A stretch of 64,000 nt of DNA from Myxococcota bacterium (GTDB taxonomy: Bacteria > Myxococcota_A > Polyangia > Nannocystales > Nannocystaceae), in NCBI GenBank assembly GCA_039028615.1, contig JBCCHT010000048.1:1-64000 (forward strand), in the 5' to 3' direction. A model generated the notes under the pieces. It saw only the letters and a list, made by a program, of their open reading frames with translations, was not told the origin of the DNA and did no database searches. The translations under genes were made by a program, and so were the position numbers. Shown here one piece after another: positions 10,380-19,524 of this stretch. Within the stretch, counting starts at the first letter, position 1. Each line of letters begins with the position of its first letter.

Positions 10380-11323
10380 GACGAGGACTCCGGGTCCGTG
10401 TACCCCATGCGGGGCAGCTTGTCGGGGTCTCGGGTCCAGTTGCGCGCCACGTCGACCGACAAGCGAAGGTCACAGTCGCGCCCGGTGAGCTCGGAGATGC
10501 GGCGGCGGGCGCCCATGGACAGCGCCTTGATGACCCGCCCCCCCTTGCCGATGACCATGCCCTTTTGGCTGTCGCGCTCGACGAAGACGGTGGCCTTGAC
10601 CTGATCTCGGGTCGGTTGCTCCCGCCACCCGGTGACCATCACCGCACAGCTATAGGGGAGCTCCTGGCCCAGGTGCTCGAACAGCTCGGCCCGCACCAGC
10701 TCGGCCGCGTGCCAGCGCAAGTGCCGGTCGGACAGCTGCTCGGAGTCGTAGTAGCGCGGCCCCTCGGGCAGGCTGTTCACCACCACCGACTGGAGCTCGT
10801 CGAGCCCCTCGCCGCGCAGGGCCGAGGTGGGGATGACCGTCTCGAACTCGTGGAGCTTGGTCCACGCCGTGATCACGGGCAGCAGGTGGCGGCGATCGGC
10901 GATGCGATCGATCTTCGTCAGCACCAGCGCCATCGGCCGGTTCAGCGCCTTGATCGCCTCGAAGCCCTCGAGCGCGACCGGGCCCGGCTCCCATGCTTCG
11001 GCCTGCTCGTCATCACGGACGGCCGGGGTCTCAGCCAAGAGCAACACGAGGTCCACGTCGCGGGCCCCGGCGATGGCCTGGTCGACCATGTACTTGTTGA
11101 GGGCCGAGCGCGCGCGGTGGATGCCCGGGGTGTCGACCAACACCGCCTGGAACTCCGGTCGGGTCCACACGCCCAGCATGCGCTCGCGCGTGGTTTGCGG
11201 ATGCGCCGTGGCCACGGCCAGCGGCTCGCCCAGCAGCGCGTTGAGCAGTGTCGACTTGCCCACATTGGGGCGTCCGCAGATGGCCACGAAGCCCGAGCGG
11301 TGTGGCGGCGCAGTGTCACCCAT
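10376..11323 (-). CDS. era: GTPase Era
   Basis: RSGFVAICGRPNVGKS, PQTTR, DTPG, QELPY and the KH motif MVIGKGG. Alternative start at 11365. Confidence 0.97.
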
Positions 11324-11374
11324 TGGCAAGTGCGAGCTTTTGGCAGATTCGCTCGGGATGTGCAAAGAGGGGCC

Positions 11375-11707
11375 ATGGTCCCCCCGGCTCCGGCCGCCGT
11401 CGTCCCCGCTTCCCGCATGCCCTCGCCTCCGCCGCGAGCCCTGCCGCCGGGAGCGGCCACTGCGTGGGTCTCGCTGGCCCTCGGTCTGCTCGCCCTCGCG
11501 TGGGTCCCCGCCTCGCTGTGGCCCGCCGCCGGGCTGCCCGCCTGGCCGGCCGTGAGCTTGGGTCTACTCGCCGTTTTGGTCTCCTGGGGCCGCGGAGGCG
11601 CCCTTTTGCGGGGTCTCGGCGGCATTGCCGGGCTCATCGCCGCCGGCATCGGCACCGTTCAAATCGCGGTGCTCTGGGCCGCCGCTTCGACCCTGTCCTA
11701 CATGTAG
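11375..11707 (+). CDS. Small integral membrane protein (about 3 TM)
   Basis: Three hydrophobic segments at the 3' end of ORF 10565..11707. Start is 11375 or 11417. Confidence 0.55.
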   Translation: MVPPAPAAVVPASRMPSPPPRALPPGAATAWVSLALGLLALAWVPASLWPAAGLPAWPAVSLGLLAVLVSWGRGGALLRGLGGIAGLIAAGIGTVQIAVLWAAASTLSYM

Positions 11708-11748
11708 GATATTTGCCTTCATGTCTGTTTTTACCCCAAGCTGCGCTC

Positions 11749-12099
11749 ATGCCGTCTGTGCAGCACGAGCGTCGGGCCAGCGCCCGAATCGACAAGGTCT
11801 TCCGCGTCCTCATCTCCACCGAGGAAATGGGCGACCAGTGGTACGTCGCGCGCAACATCTCGGATTCGGGGATGTTCGTGGAGATGGCCGAGCCCCTGCC
11901 GCTCCGCACCAAGGTCATCGTGCGTTTTGCGCTCCCCCAGGAGTCGGCGGCGATCTGCGCCATGGCGAAGGTGCAGAACCACTACTACTTCCAGTTCAAC
12001 GACGGCGAGGGTCTGCGGGCCATCGCCGGGGTCGGCCTGCGCTTCACCCGGTTCATCCCGGACGCCGGAGCCCAGCCGCCCGAGCATCGACTCCACTGA
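11749..12099 (+). CDS. Single-domain PilZ protein
   Basis: RRASAR (RxxxR), NISDSG (D/NxSxxG) and GVGLRF. Confidence 0.85.
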   Translation: MPSVQHERRASARIDKVFRVLISTEEMGDQWYVARNISDSGMFVEMAEPLPLRTKVIVRFALPQESAAICAMAKVQNHYYFQFNDGEGLRAIAGVGLRFTRFIPDAGAQPPEHRLH

Positions 12100-12121
12100 G
12101 CGGTCGCGGCGGGAGGCCGGC

Positions 12122-13924
12122 ATGAGCATCGCACGCCCCACCGGGTTGATGTTGGCGACGCTGCTGGCCGTGGGCTGCCGCGACGCCGCGCCCGACGTCC
12201 AGGTCCAGACCTACGTCGGCCCCTCCTACGCCCGCCACGACCAAGAGCAGCGCCAGGCCTACACCGTCGAGGTCGCGCGCACCGTCTGGAACGACTACCT
12301 GCCCCAGGGTAAGACGGTCGGCCCGGCCGAGCCCGAGGTGGAGACCATCGCTCCCGTCGACGTGCCGGCCACCGCCGAGCAGTTCGAACAGCTGGTCACC
12401 GCGCTGCGCAAGGCACCGCTCGACGAGCTCGATGGGCCGGCCCGGCGCCTGGCCGCGTCCTCCCCTACTCTGTGGCCCCAGATCCGCGAGGCCCTGCTCG
12501 CGGAGCGCAAGTCTCCCAAGGGCGACTACCGCTCGATGCTCGATGCGATCGGCGGCGACGTGCCCAACCGCTACGGCCACTTCGCCCGCGCCTGGAAGAA
12601 GGCGCACGGGCATGCCGTCAAGCTGAGCGACGACTGGTTCGAAGACCTCTTGGTGCTGCCCTCGGGTCGAATCTCGCGGGGCATTCGGCCCGTGTATCGC
12701 GACCTGGTCCTGCAGACGGCGTTGTTCCGCGCCGCCGCGGGCATCGGTGCGACCGACAGCACGCTGACCGGCGACGTGGTGGCCACGTTGCTCGACGCCG
12801 CCTACATGCTCGACGGCACCTTCCGCGACGAGGTCGGCCGCACCATCGCCGCCGTGGGCGACGAGGCGGTGCCCCACCTCATCATCGAGTCGATTTCTCC
12901 GTCGACCCGGCGCCGGGACCAAGATTCGGTGCCTGTTCGTCGGGCCCGCTACGCCGAGGTCCAGCTCGACAAGATGGACCGGCTGCATCCCTCGCGGACC
13001 ACCGAGGCGGTGCGCGACGATCCACGACGGCTGACGCTGGTGCTGCACGCCTACGGCACGCGACGCCCGGGCGAAGCGGCCGCGGTGCTGCTGCAGTTCG
13101 CCGACGCGGCCGATCCCTCGGTCCGCGGCGCCGCGCGAGCTTCGTTCGCCGCGTTCGTGACCGGTCCGCCCCCTGCGGTGGCCCGCCGCACCGTACGACT
13201 ATTGGGTGGCGGCACCGCCAACCGTCAGTCTCACCTGACCTATCGGCACCGAGCCTCCATCGCGATTCGCGAGCGACTCGAGCTCGACGCCCCCGAGTTG
13301 CTCGAGCCCGCCTGCGAGATCAAGCGCGAAGACGGCTCGATCGACACCGCCTGCGAGACCCAGCCCGACCGGCTGTCCGCCGCCTACTTTGCGTGGCTCG
13401 ATGCCCGCCGCGAAGCCGCCGACCAAAAAGCCCTGGCCGCCGCGCTGGCCGAGCCCGACGTACGGGCCCGTGCGTCTCGGCTCGATGCGCTGCTGGTGAG
13501 CAACCCCGAGCTTTCGTTGGGCGACCAGCTCGTGCCCGTGTACGAGCAGGCGGCCGAGGCCGCCGAAGCCGACGGTGACCTCGCCCGTGCCGGACAGCTG
13601 CTGCGCAAGGCAGCGCGCCTGGCCGAGCGCCAAGACCCCGAGCACGGCAAGGCGCTGCGCGTGCGAGCCCTGCTCGCCGAGGCCTCCGTGCCCGCGCTGA
13701 CGCCCGAGGGGCAGAGCATGCTGCTGTCGTCGGCCGCCGTGTTGGCGCCGCACGACCCCCGCGTCAACGATGCCCTCACCGCGCTGGACGAGCACGGCGT
13801 CGAGCGAGCCGGTACGCCGCAGCAGCGCTGGATCCCCGTGGCCGGCGTGGCCTTCGGCCTGTGGTGCCTCGGCGCGATGGGTGCCTGGTGGCGACGGCGA
13901 CGTCGCGCGCCGCACCCGAGCTGA
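12122..13924 (+). CDS. Helical-repeat lipoprotein with a C-terminal TM and Arg-rich tail
   Basis: Lipobox LAVGC, HEAT/TPR-like helices and VAGVAFGLWCLGAMGAWWRRRRR. Confidence 0.7.
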   Translation: MSIARPTGLMLATLLAVGCRDAAPDVQVQTYVGPSYARHDQEQRQAYTVEVARTVWNDYLPQGKTVGPAEPEVETIAPVDVPATAEQFEQLVTALRKAPLDELDGPARRLAASSPTLWPQIREALLAERKSPKGDYRSMLDAIGGDVPNRYGHFARAWKKAHGHAVKLSDDWFEDLLVLPSGRISRGIRPVYRDLVLQTALFRAAAGIGATDSTLTGDVVATLLDAAYMLDGTFRDEVGRTIAAVGDEAVPHLIIESISPSTRRRDQDSVPVRRARYAEVQLDKMDRLHPSRTTEAVRDDPRRLTLVLHAYGTRRPGEAAAVLLQFADAADPSVRGAARASFAAFVTGPPPAVARRTVRLLGGGTANRQSHLTYRHRASIAIRERLELDAPELLEPACEIKREDGSIDTACETQPDRLSAAYFAWLDARREAADQKALAAALAEPDVRARASRLDALLVSNPELSLGDQLVPVYEQAAEAAEADGDLARAGQLLRKAARLAERQDPEHGKALRVRALLAEASVPALTPEGQSMLLSSAAVLAPHDPRVNDALTALDEHGVERAGTPQQRWIPVAGVAFGLWCLGAMGAWWRRRRRAPHPS

Positions 13925-13933
13925 ACGACCCTT

Positions 13934-13988
13934 CGAACGAACGACGGCTCTCGTCCTCGCGTGGAGGAACGAGAGCCGTACTCGTTCG
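13934..13988. terminator. Long hairpin between convergent genes
   Basis: ACGGCTCTCGT..ACGAGAGCCGT, extended by CGAACGA/TCGTTCG. Confidence 0.65.
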
Positions 13989-14003
13989 TGAGGTCCGCGC
14001 GTC

Positions 14004-14867
14004 CTAGCTGGGCGGACGCGGGAGGTTGGACAGCGGATCCCGAGGCGGCTTCTTCGGAGACAGCGTCCGGGTCTTCTTCTTTTTCTTCTTCTTGGTCTTC
14101 GGCTTCGAGCTGCCGCCACCACCACTGGAGGGCTTGGCCTTGGGCTTGTCTTCCGCCTTCTTGGCTTCCGCGGCCTTTTTGGCCTCTTCCTCTTCGGCGG
14201 CCTTCTTCGCGGCTTCTTCCTCGGCCGCCTTCTTGGCGGCCTCTTCCTCGGCGGCCTTCTTCGCGGCTTCGTCCTCGGCGACCTTGGTGTCGTCGGCCGC
14301 GGGCTCGGCCGCGCCACCCGATCCACCTTCGGCCGCGGGCTCAGCCTCGCCACCCGAAGCCTTGGCCTCGTCGGCCTTCGGCGTCTGTTCGGCGGGCGGA
14401 GCTGCGACCGCAGCCGCCGCGACCTCGTCGTCGCCGGGCTTGGCCTCGCTGTCGTCGCCAGACGAACCCAGCATCACGTACGCCACTGCACCACCGGTGA
14501 GCAGCAGTGCGATCACGATGAAGATCCACGACGACGGACCGGAGCGCAGGTTGGTCTCGCGCTGCTCGGTGGGCACGTTGAGATCCAGGCCGCTGCCGAT
14601 GAAGGTGCCCTTGGGGTTGCCCCCGTCGGCGGCGTTGCCCGTGAACTCGAACACCGTGTTGCTGCCGCCGCCCATCAGCTCGTCTTGGCGACCCGCGGCA
14701 GCGGGAGCGGCCGGTGGCGCGTGGCCGTGGCCTTGACCGGGCGCAGGATGATGCGCCTGCGGTTGCTGACCTTGCGGCGGCTGTCCCCAGCCGGGAGACT
14801 GGCCTCCGGGATTCGCGCCGCTGCTGCCCATGGGTTGAGTGCCCTGCGAATGATTGTTTCCGTTCAC
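14004..14867 (-). CDS. Single-TM low-complexity protein with a TolA-like (EEAAKKAA)n stalk
   Basis: GGAGAG RBS before the GTG at 14867, TM WIFIVIALLLTGGAVAYVML, charged repeats and a poly-Lys tail. Confidence 0.7.
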   Translation of the reverse strand: MNGNNHSQGTQPMGSSGANPGGQSPGWGQPPQGQQPQAHHPAPGQGHGHAPPAAPAAAGRQDELMGGGSNTVFEFTGNAADGGNPKGTFIGSGLDLNVPTEQRETNLRSGPSSWIFIVIALLLTGGAVAYVMLGSSGDDSEAKPGDDEVAAAAVAAPPAEQTPKADEAKASGGEAEPAAEGGSGGAAEPAADDTKVAEDEAAKKAAEEEAAKKAAEEEAAKKAAEEEEAKKAAEAKKAEDKPKAKPSSGGGGSSKPKTKKKKKKKTRTLSPKKPPRDPLSNLPRPPS

Positions 14868-15005
14868 GGTGTGCTCTCCCCCGGAGGGTCCGGGCAGTGT
14901 GCCACGGGCCATGGGCCCGGGCGAGTTGGACGCAGGGCCCCCACGCTGCATGCAACCGAGTGCATTCCGCGCCACCAGCGCAGATTCTGATAGCCTGCGC
15001 CCAGC

Positions 15006-15611
15006 ATGACGCGCGGGTTTTTCATCGCCCTGGAGGGAATCGACGGCAGCGGCACCACCTCCCAGCGGGGAGCGTTGGCGACGGCGCTGCGGGCACGAAA
15101 CCACACGGTGCTGGAAACGTGCGAGCCCTCGACGGGATCGATCGGCGCCCTGACCCGCGCTCGACTCGCCCGCGACGCGGTGCCCCTGGACCGGCGCGCA
15201 CTCGCGCTGATGTTCGCCGCCGACCGCCTCGACCACATCGCCACCGAGGTCGAACCCGCGCTCGCCGCAGGCACGGTGGTGCTGAGCGATCGCTACATGA
15301 TGTCCTCCTGGGCCTACCAATCCCTCGATTGCGACCCGCAGTGGGTCCGCGAGATCAACCGCTTCGCGCCCTGGCCCGACCTCACCTTCGTCCTCGACGT
15401 CCCCGCCGACGAGGCCATGCGCCGCATCGGTCAGCGACGGGGCACCGAGGAGATCTTCGAGACCACGCCCCAGCAGCGACGGCTCGCCGACGCCTACCGG
15501 ACCTACGCCAACGACGAGTCCCTCGACCGCGTGCAGTGCCTCGACGGTACCCAGTCCATGGAAGACGTGACCGCCGCGTTGCTCGCGGCCTGCGTCGCCG
15601 CCGGGCTCTGA
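15006..15611 (+). CDS. tmk: Thymidylate kinase
   Basis: FIALEGIDGSGTTSQ, LMFAADR, SDRY..SS.AYQ and PDLTFVLDV. Confidence 0.95.
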   Translation: MTRGFFIALEGIDGSGTTSQRGALATALRARNHTVLETCEPSTGSIGALTRARLARDAVPLDRRALALMFAADRLDHIATEVEPALAAGTVVLSDRYMMSSWAYQSLDCDPQWVREINRFAPWPDLTFVLDVPADEAMRRIGQRRGTEEIFETTPQQRRLADAYRTYANDESLDRVQCLDGTQSMEDVTAALLAACVAAGL

Positions 15612-15646
15612 GCGTCGATTTCTTGCCCCGCGCCACCGCGCTCGCG

Positions 15647-16198
15647 ATGCTCGGTGCGATGCGCTCCGTGTGGCCTCCCCAGACCGTCTGCTTTGCCATC
15701 GGCCTCGGCGTGGCCACGCTGTGCACCGGTTTCGGGTGCCGCACCAGCCCCACCGAGGCCCCCGAGCCCGATGCCGAGCAGTGGGGCACCCCTGCGCCCT
15801 CCCCCGCCGCGGCCGAGCCCGTCGGCGAGCCCGAGCCTGCGGTGGCGGAACGCTCTCGACCGCCCGGCACGATCTTCCGGGACGAGATCCAGCGCGCCGT
15901 CGGACCCGGCCCCGCCTATCTGCTGCGGCAGCTGGGCCCCGAGCCCTACCGCCACGAAGGCCACTTCGTCGGCTGGCAGATCACGCAACGATTTCCCGAC
16001 GATCCCTCGCTGTGTGGCCCCTGCGACCTCGAGCTCGGCGACGTGATCCTCAGCGTGAACGGACGAACACTGTCGACGCCGCAGCAGCTGTCCGAAGCCC
16101 TCGAGGCCGTTGCGGGCTGGTCCGAGCTGAAGGTCGCCAGCCTGCGCAAGGGCAAGCGGCGGGTGGTCACCTACCCCATCGTCGACGCCCCCCTTTGA
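15647..16198 (+). CDS. PDZ-domain lipoprotein (resembles the GspC PDZ domain)
   Basis: Lipobox GFGC, FVGWQI and LELGDVILSVNG. Start is 15647 or 15659. Confidence 0.7.
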   Translation: MLGAMRSVWPPQTVCFAIGLGVATLCTGFGCRTSPTEAPEPDAEQWGTPAPSPAAAEPVGEPEPAVAERSRPPGTIFRDEIQRAVGPGPAYLLRQLGPEPYRHEGHFVGWQITQRFPDDPSLCGPCDLELGDVILSVNGRTLSTPQQLSEALEAVAGWSELKVASLRKGKRRVVTYPIVDAPL

Positions 16199-16235
16199 GT
16201 CGACGGGCCCGGCGCGCTACCATCGCGCTCGCCTC

Positions 16236-16922
16236 ATGATCGACTACGAAGTCCTTTGTCAGACGATCGAAGACTGGCGTGCGGGTCGCCGGCCGAGCAT
16301 CGATCTCTCCGCCACCCCCGTCGACGCGGACGCCGTCGCGATCGAGCCCGACGAGGGCGGCTACGAGCAGGCCCCCGTGGCCTACGAGGAAGAGGCGGGC
16401 GACTACGCCGAGCCCGCCGCGGGCCTCGAGCCGGTCCATCACGACGCTCCTGTGCAGCAACCGCAGGCCGCGGACTCGGGTCAGTACGTGGAGCAAGGCT
16501 ACGAGCAGGCGCAGTACGCCGAGGCCGCCCAGCAGCAGGCCTACACCGACGAGCACGGCAACTATGTCGACCCCGCTCAGCAGCAGCAGCAAGGCTACGA
16601 GCAGGCGCAGTACGCCGAGGCCGCGCAGCAGCAGGCCTACACCGACGAGCACGGCAACTACGTCGACCCCGCTCAGCAGCAGCAAGGCTATGAGCAAGCG
16701 CAGTACGCCGACCCCGCCCAGCCGCAGGCCTACGAGCAGGCGCCGGCCGAGGGCGGCTACGAGCAGCACGTCGACGACTCGGCTACGCAGGCATACATGC
16801 CCTACGACGGCACCGGTGGCCCGGAGCAGGCGCAAGAGCAGATCTACGCGGAGAGCGGGCCCGCCCCCACGCCGCAGGTCGAGGCGGATCCGAACCCGCC
16901 CGGGGAAGAGCCCCCCGCCTGA
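16236..16922 (+). CDS. Acidic Q/Y/A/E-rich low-complexity repeat protein
   Basis: Strong coding bias, internal 96/93-nt tandem repeat and a terminator immediately downstream. Confidence 0.75.
   Translation: MIDYEVLCQTIEDWRAGRRPSIDLSATPVDADAVAIEPDEGGYEQAPVAYEEEAGDYAEPAAGLEPVHHDAPVQQPQAADSGQYVEQGYEQAQYAEAAQQQAYTDEHGNYVDPAQQQQQGYEQAQYAEAAQQQAYTDEHGNYVDPAQQQQGYEQAQYADPAQPQAYEQAPAEGGYEQHVDDSATQAYMPYDGTGGPEQAQEQIYAESGPAPTPQVEADPNPPGEEPPA
16494..16710 (+). repeat. About 2.3 copies of QGYEQAQYAEAAQQQAYTDEHGNYVDPAQQQ(Q)
   Basis: Units start at 16494, 16590 and 16683. Confidence 0.9.
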
Positions 16923-16946
16923 GCCGAGACCTCGGCTTCGCCAATG

Positions 16947-16977
16947 AAAAACGCCGGCCACGATGGCCGGCGTTTTT
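16947..16977. terminator. Bidirectional intrinsic terminator
   Basis: AAAAA-CGCCGGCCA-CGA-TGGCCGGCG-TTTTT between convergent genes. Confidence 0.9.
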
Positions 16978-16995
16978 GTTGGTTCGACCCCTCGG

Positions 16996-19260
16996 CTAGC
17001 TCATCGCGAGCACGGCGGCCACGATGCCACCGACGACCGCAACGGCGATGAGGATGGGTACGACCGGGCTCTTCTTCTCGGCCACGGCCTGGGTCTGCGC
17101 GGGCACGGGCACGGAGATCGGACCCGAGACGGGGCCGGAGACCGGACCGGACACGGGTCCCGAGATCGGGCCCGACACCGAGCCGGTGTCGACGGGTGAA
17201 GGCACGGCGTGACCGGAGCCCGGGGGAGAGACCATCGTCTTGGAGCGTCCCGGCGCGGCGGCGGGCTGCGTGGGCGCGACCAGGGTCTTGGGGCGATTGC
17301 CCGGCTTGGGACCCTCGGGACCCGCCTCGGCGGCCGACTCGGTCTCGCCGGTCGCGATCAGGGTGCGCCGCGAGTCTTCGTCGTCGGCCGGGGCCGCGGC
17401 TCCGGCCACGAGCGTCTTGCGAGACTCGTCGATTTGCTCGGCCGGAGGCGCGGTGGCGACCACCGTCTTGCGCACGGCGGCATCCCCCGACTCTGCGGAC
17501 GCAGGCTCGGCGCCCGCTGCCGCGTTGGGGTCCTGGGTCGCCTCAGGCGAAAAGACCGTCCAGCCCTTCGCGTTGGACTCGTCGGTCGACGGCACTTCGC
17601 CGCCGAGCGGACCGGACGAGTCCTCGATGGGCTTTTCCATGAACATGGTCCAGCCACGCTTCTTCTTGGGCGCGTCCGACTCTCCGGAGGCCGCCACCTC
17701 GGGTGCACTGGGGGCCGGCTCGGGCTCGGGCTCGGCGGCGGGCGGGGTGGCTGCAGCCGCGGCCGCCACCTCGTCGTCGTCGGCCTCGGTGAACATGGTC
17801 CACCCACGACTGCGCGGACCGTCGGATCCACCGGGCGCAGCCGAGGGCACGGCCGGCGCACCACCGGCTTCGGGAGCCGCGGCCGCGGGGGCCTCGGGGG
17901 CGGGCGCAGGCTCGGCTGCCGCGACGGCGTCGGCCGTGTTGCCCTCGTCGGCTTCCATGAACATGGTCCAGCCGCGCGTCTTCGGCTTGCCTGGCTCGGC
18001 CGGCGCGGGCTCGGGCTCGGGTGCCGGCTCGGCTGCGGCGACGGCATCGGCCGTGTTGTCGTCGCTGGCCTCCATGAACATGGTCCAACCACGCGTCTTC
18101 GGCTTGGTCGGTGCGGGCTCGGGCTCCGGCTCCGGCGCGGGCGCGGCTTCGGCCTGCTCGTCGCCGCCCTCCGCTTCCATGAACATGGTCCAGCCGCGGG
18201 TGCTGGGCTTGGCCGCGGGCTGCTCCGGCTCGGGCTCCGGCTCGGGCTCCGCGTCGCCGCCCTCCGCTTCCATGAACATGGTCCAGCCGCGCGTCTTCGG
18301 CTTGCCTGGCTCGGCGGCCGCGGGGGCAGCCGGGGTCGAAGCGGGCGCCGCTTCACCGCCGCCGTCCTCGGCCTTCATGAACATGGTCCAACCGCGGCTG
18401 CTCGGGCCGCCCGGCTTCGACGACCCACCGCCGAGCGAAGGCGCCGCGGGGCCACCCGTCGATGGGGCCACGGGAGCTCGCGCCACGCCGCCTCCCAGCG
18501 CCCGCAGCTCGGCGATGAACTGCTTGAGCATCATCGGGCGCATGCGCGGGTCCTTGCCCAGCGCTCGACGTAGGCGCGCGTGCACGCTGGCCGGAGGCTC
18601 TTCGCTCAGGTGTCGCGGTAGCTGCGTGGCCGCGTCGCCGGGGAACAGCGGCGCCCCGGTGAGCAGCATGTGCATCAATGCGGCGAGGTTGTAGATGAGC
18701 GTGCGCTGGTCGACGACCTTGCCCTCGACCTGCTCGGGCGCGATCGAGTCCAGCGGTCCGCGGCTCTTGTCGCCGTGCGACTCGCCCACCGCAAAACCGC
18801 TCACCACCGCCCCGTGGTCTCCGACGAAGATGACGCGAGGCCCGAGGTTGCGGTGGATGACACCGACCTTCTGGGCCTCGACCAGCCCCTCGCCGATCTG
18901 GTCCATGAGTGCCGCCGCGTCCGGGGCGCTCAGGGCCCCGCTCGCGATCAACTCATCGAGGCGCTGCAGGGAGTGCGAGGCGTTGACTTCATAGATGCCG
19001 CCCTCCGGTCGCTTGCCACATGCGAGCACCGGGGCGACTCGGGGCGACGATACGTTTTGCAGCTGGCGCAACTCGCGAAGGCTGCGCTCCATGACCAGGC
19101 CCGACGGGAAGCAGGTGGCGTCGTAGACCGTGAGCAGGACCTCTTGGCCTTGCTCGTCGGTCGCCGTGTAGCTCTGTGCGCCAGACCGGGTCCAGCCGGG
19201 CGCGCCGATCGTGAACCTATTGTCGACGACCGTACCCGGCGAAAGCTGTGCTGTGCTCAT
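16996..19260 (-). CDS. Ser/Thr pseudokinase with GWTMF repeats and a C-terminal membrane anchor
   Basis: Kinase-fold remnants (GVIHRNLGP, SIAPEQ, LTGAPLF, ALGKDPRMRP) that lack the catalytic residues, a long acidic linker and a C-terminal TM. Confidence 0.8.
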   Translation of the reverse strand: MSTAQLSPGTVVDNRFTIGAPGWTRSGAQSYTATDEQGQEVLLTVYDATCFPSGLVMERSLRELRQLQNVSSPRVAPVLACGKRPEGGIYEVNASHSLQRLDELIASGALSAPDAAALMDQIGEGLVEAQKVGVIHRNLGPRVIFVGDHGAVVSGFAVGESHGDKSRGPLDSIAPEQVEGKVVDQRTLIYNLAALMHMLLTGAPLFPGDAATQLPRHLSEEPPASVHARLRRALGKDPRMRPMMLKQFIAELRALGGGVARAPVAPSTGGPAAPSLGGGSSKPGGPSSRGWTMFMKAEDGGGEAAPASTPAAPAAAEPGKPKTRGWTMFMEAEGGDAEPEPEPEPEQPAAKPSTRGWTMFMEAEGGDEQAEAAPAPEPEPEPAPTKPKTRGWTMFMEASDDNTADAVAAAEPAPEPEPAPAEPGKPKTRGWTMFMEADEGNTADAVAAAEPAPAPEAPAAAAPEAGGAPAVPSAAPGGSDGPRSRGWTMFTEADDDEVAAAAAATPPAAEPEPEPAPSAPEVAASGESDAPKKKRGWTMFMEKPIEDSSGPLGGEVPSTDESNAKGWTVFSPEATQDPNAAAGAEPASAESGDAAVRKTVVATAPPAEQIDESRKTLVAGAAAPADDEDSRRTLIATGETESAAEAGPEGPKPGNRPKTLVAPTQPAAAPGRSKTMVSPPGSGHAVPSPVDTGSVSGPISGPVSGPVSGPVSGPISVPVPAQTQAVAEKKSPVVPILIAVAVVGGIVAAVLAMS
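17548..18396 (-). repeat. Eight dispersed copies of (R/K)GWT(M/V)F(M/T/S)
   Basis: catgaacatggtcca(g/a)cc-type units at 18376, 18271, 18178, 18073, 17956, 17788, 17638 and 17548. Confidence 0.95.
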
Positions 19261-19524
19261 AGACGGCTCCGGGCCCCGTAGGGCACCGCCGATGAGACTA
19301 CGGTGCGCATCCCTCGTGAATCAAGGAACCGACATGGGACGCGGGCGCAGGCCCGGGACCGGTCGCTCCCGGGCCCCGAGACTGCGGATTTTGGCGGGGG
19401 GAGACTGCCTTTGTTGCCGGTCGTTCACCGTCGGATCCAGTGGGGGGCTCGTGGCATCGGTCGATGCTCGAGCCCACGCCCAGCGGCTCCGAAGGCGGTG
19501 GCCGTAAGGGTTCCCCGCCCGACC

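Noticed and set aside
17548..18396. Regularly spaced conserved ~20-nt units separated by variable spacers, CRISPR-like
   Set aside because: All units are in one reading frame with synonymous variation, spacer lengths vary in multiples of 3, and no cas genes are present. It is a protein repeat.
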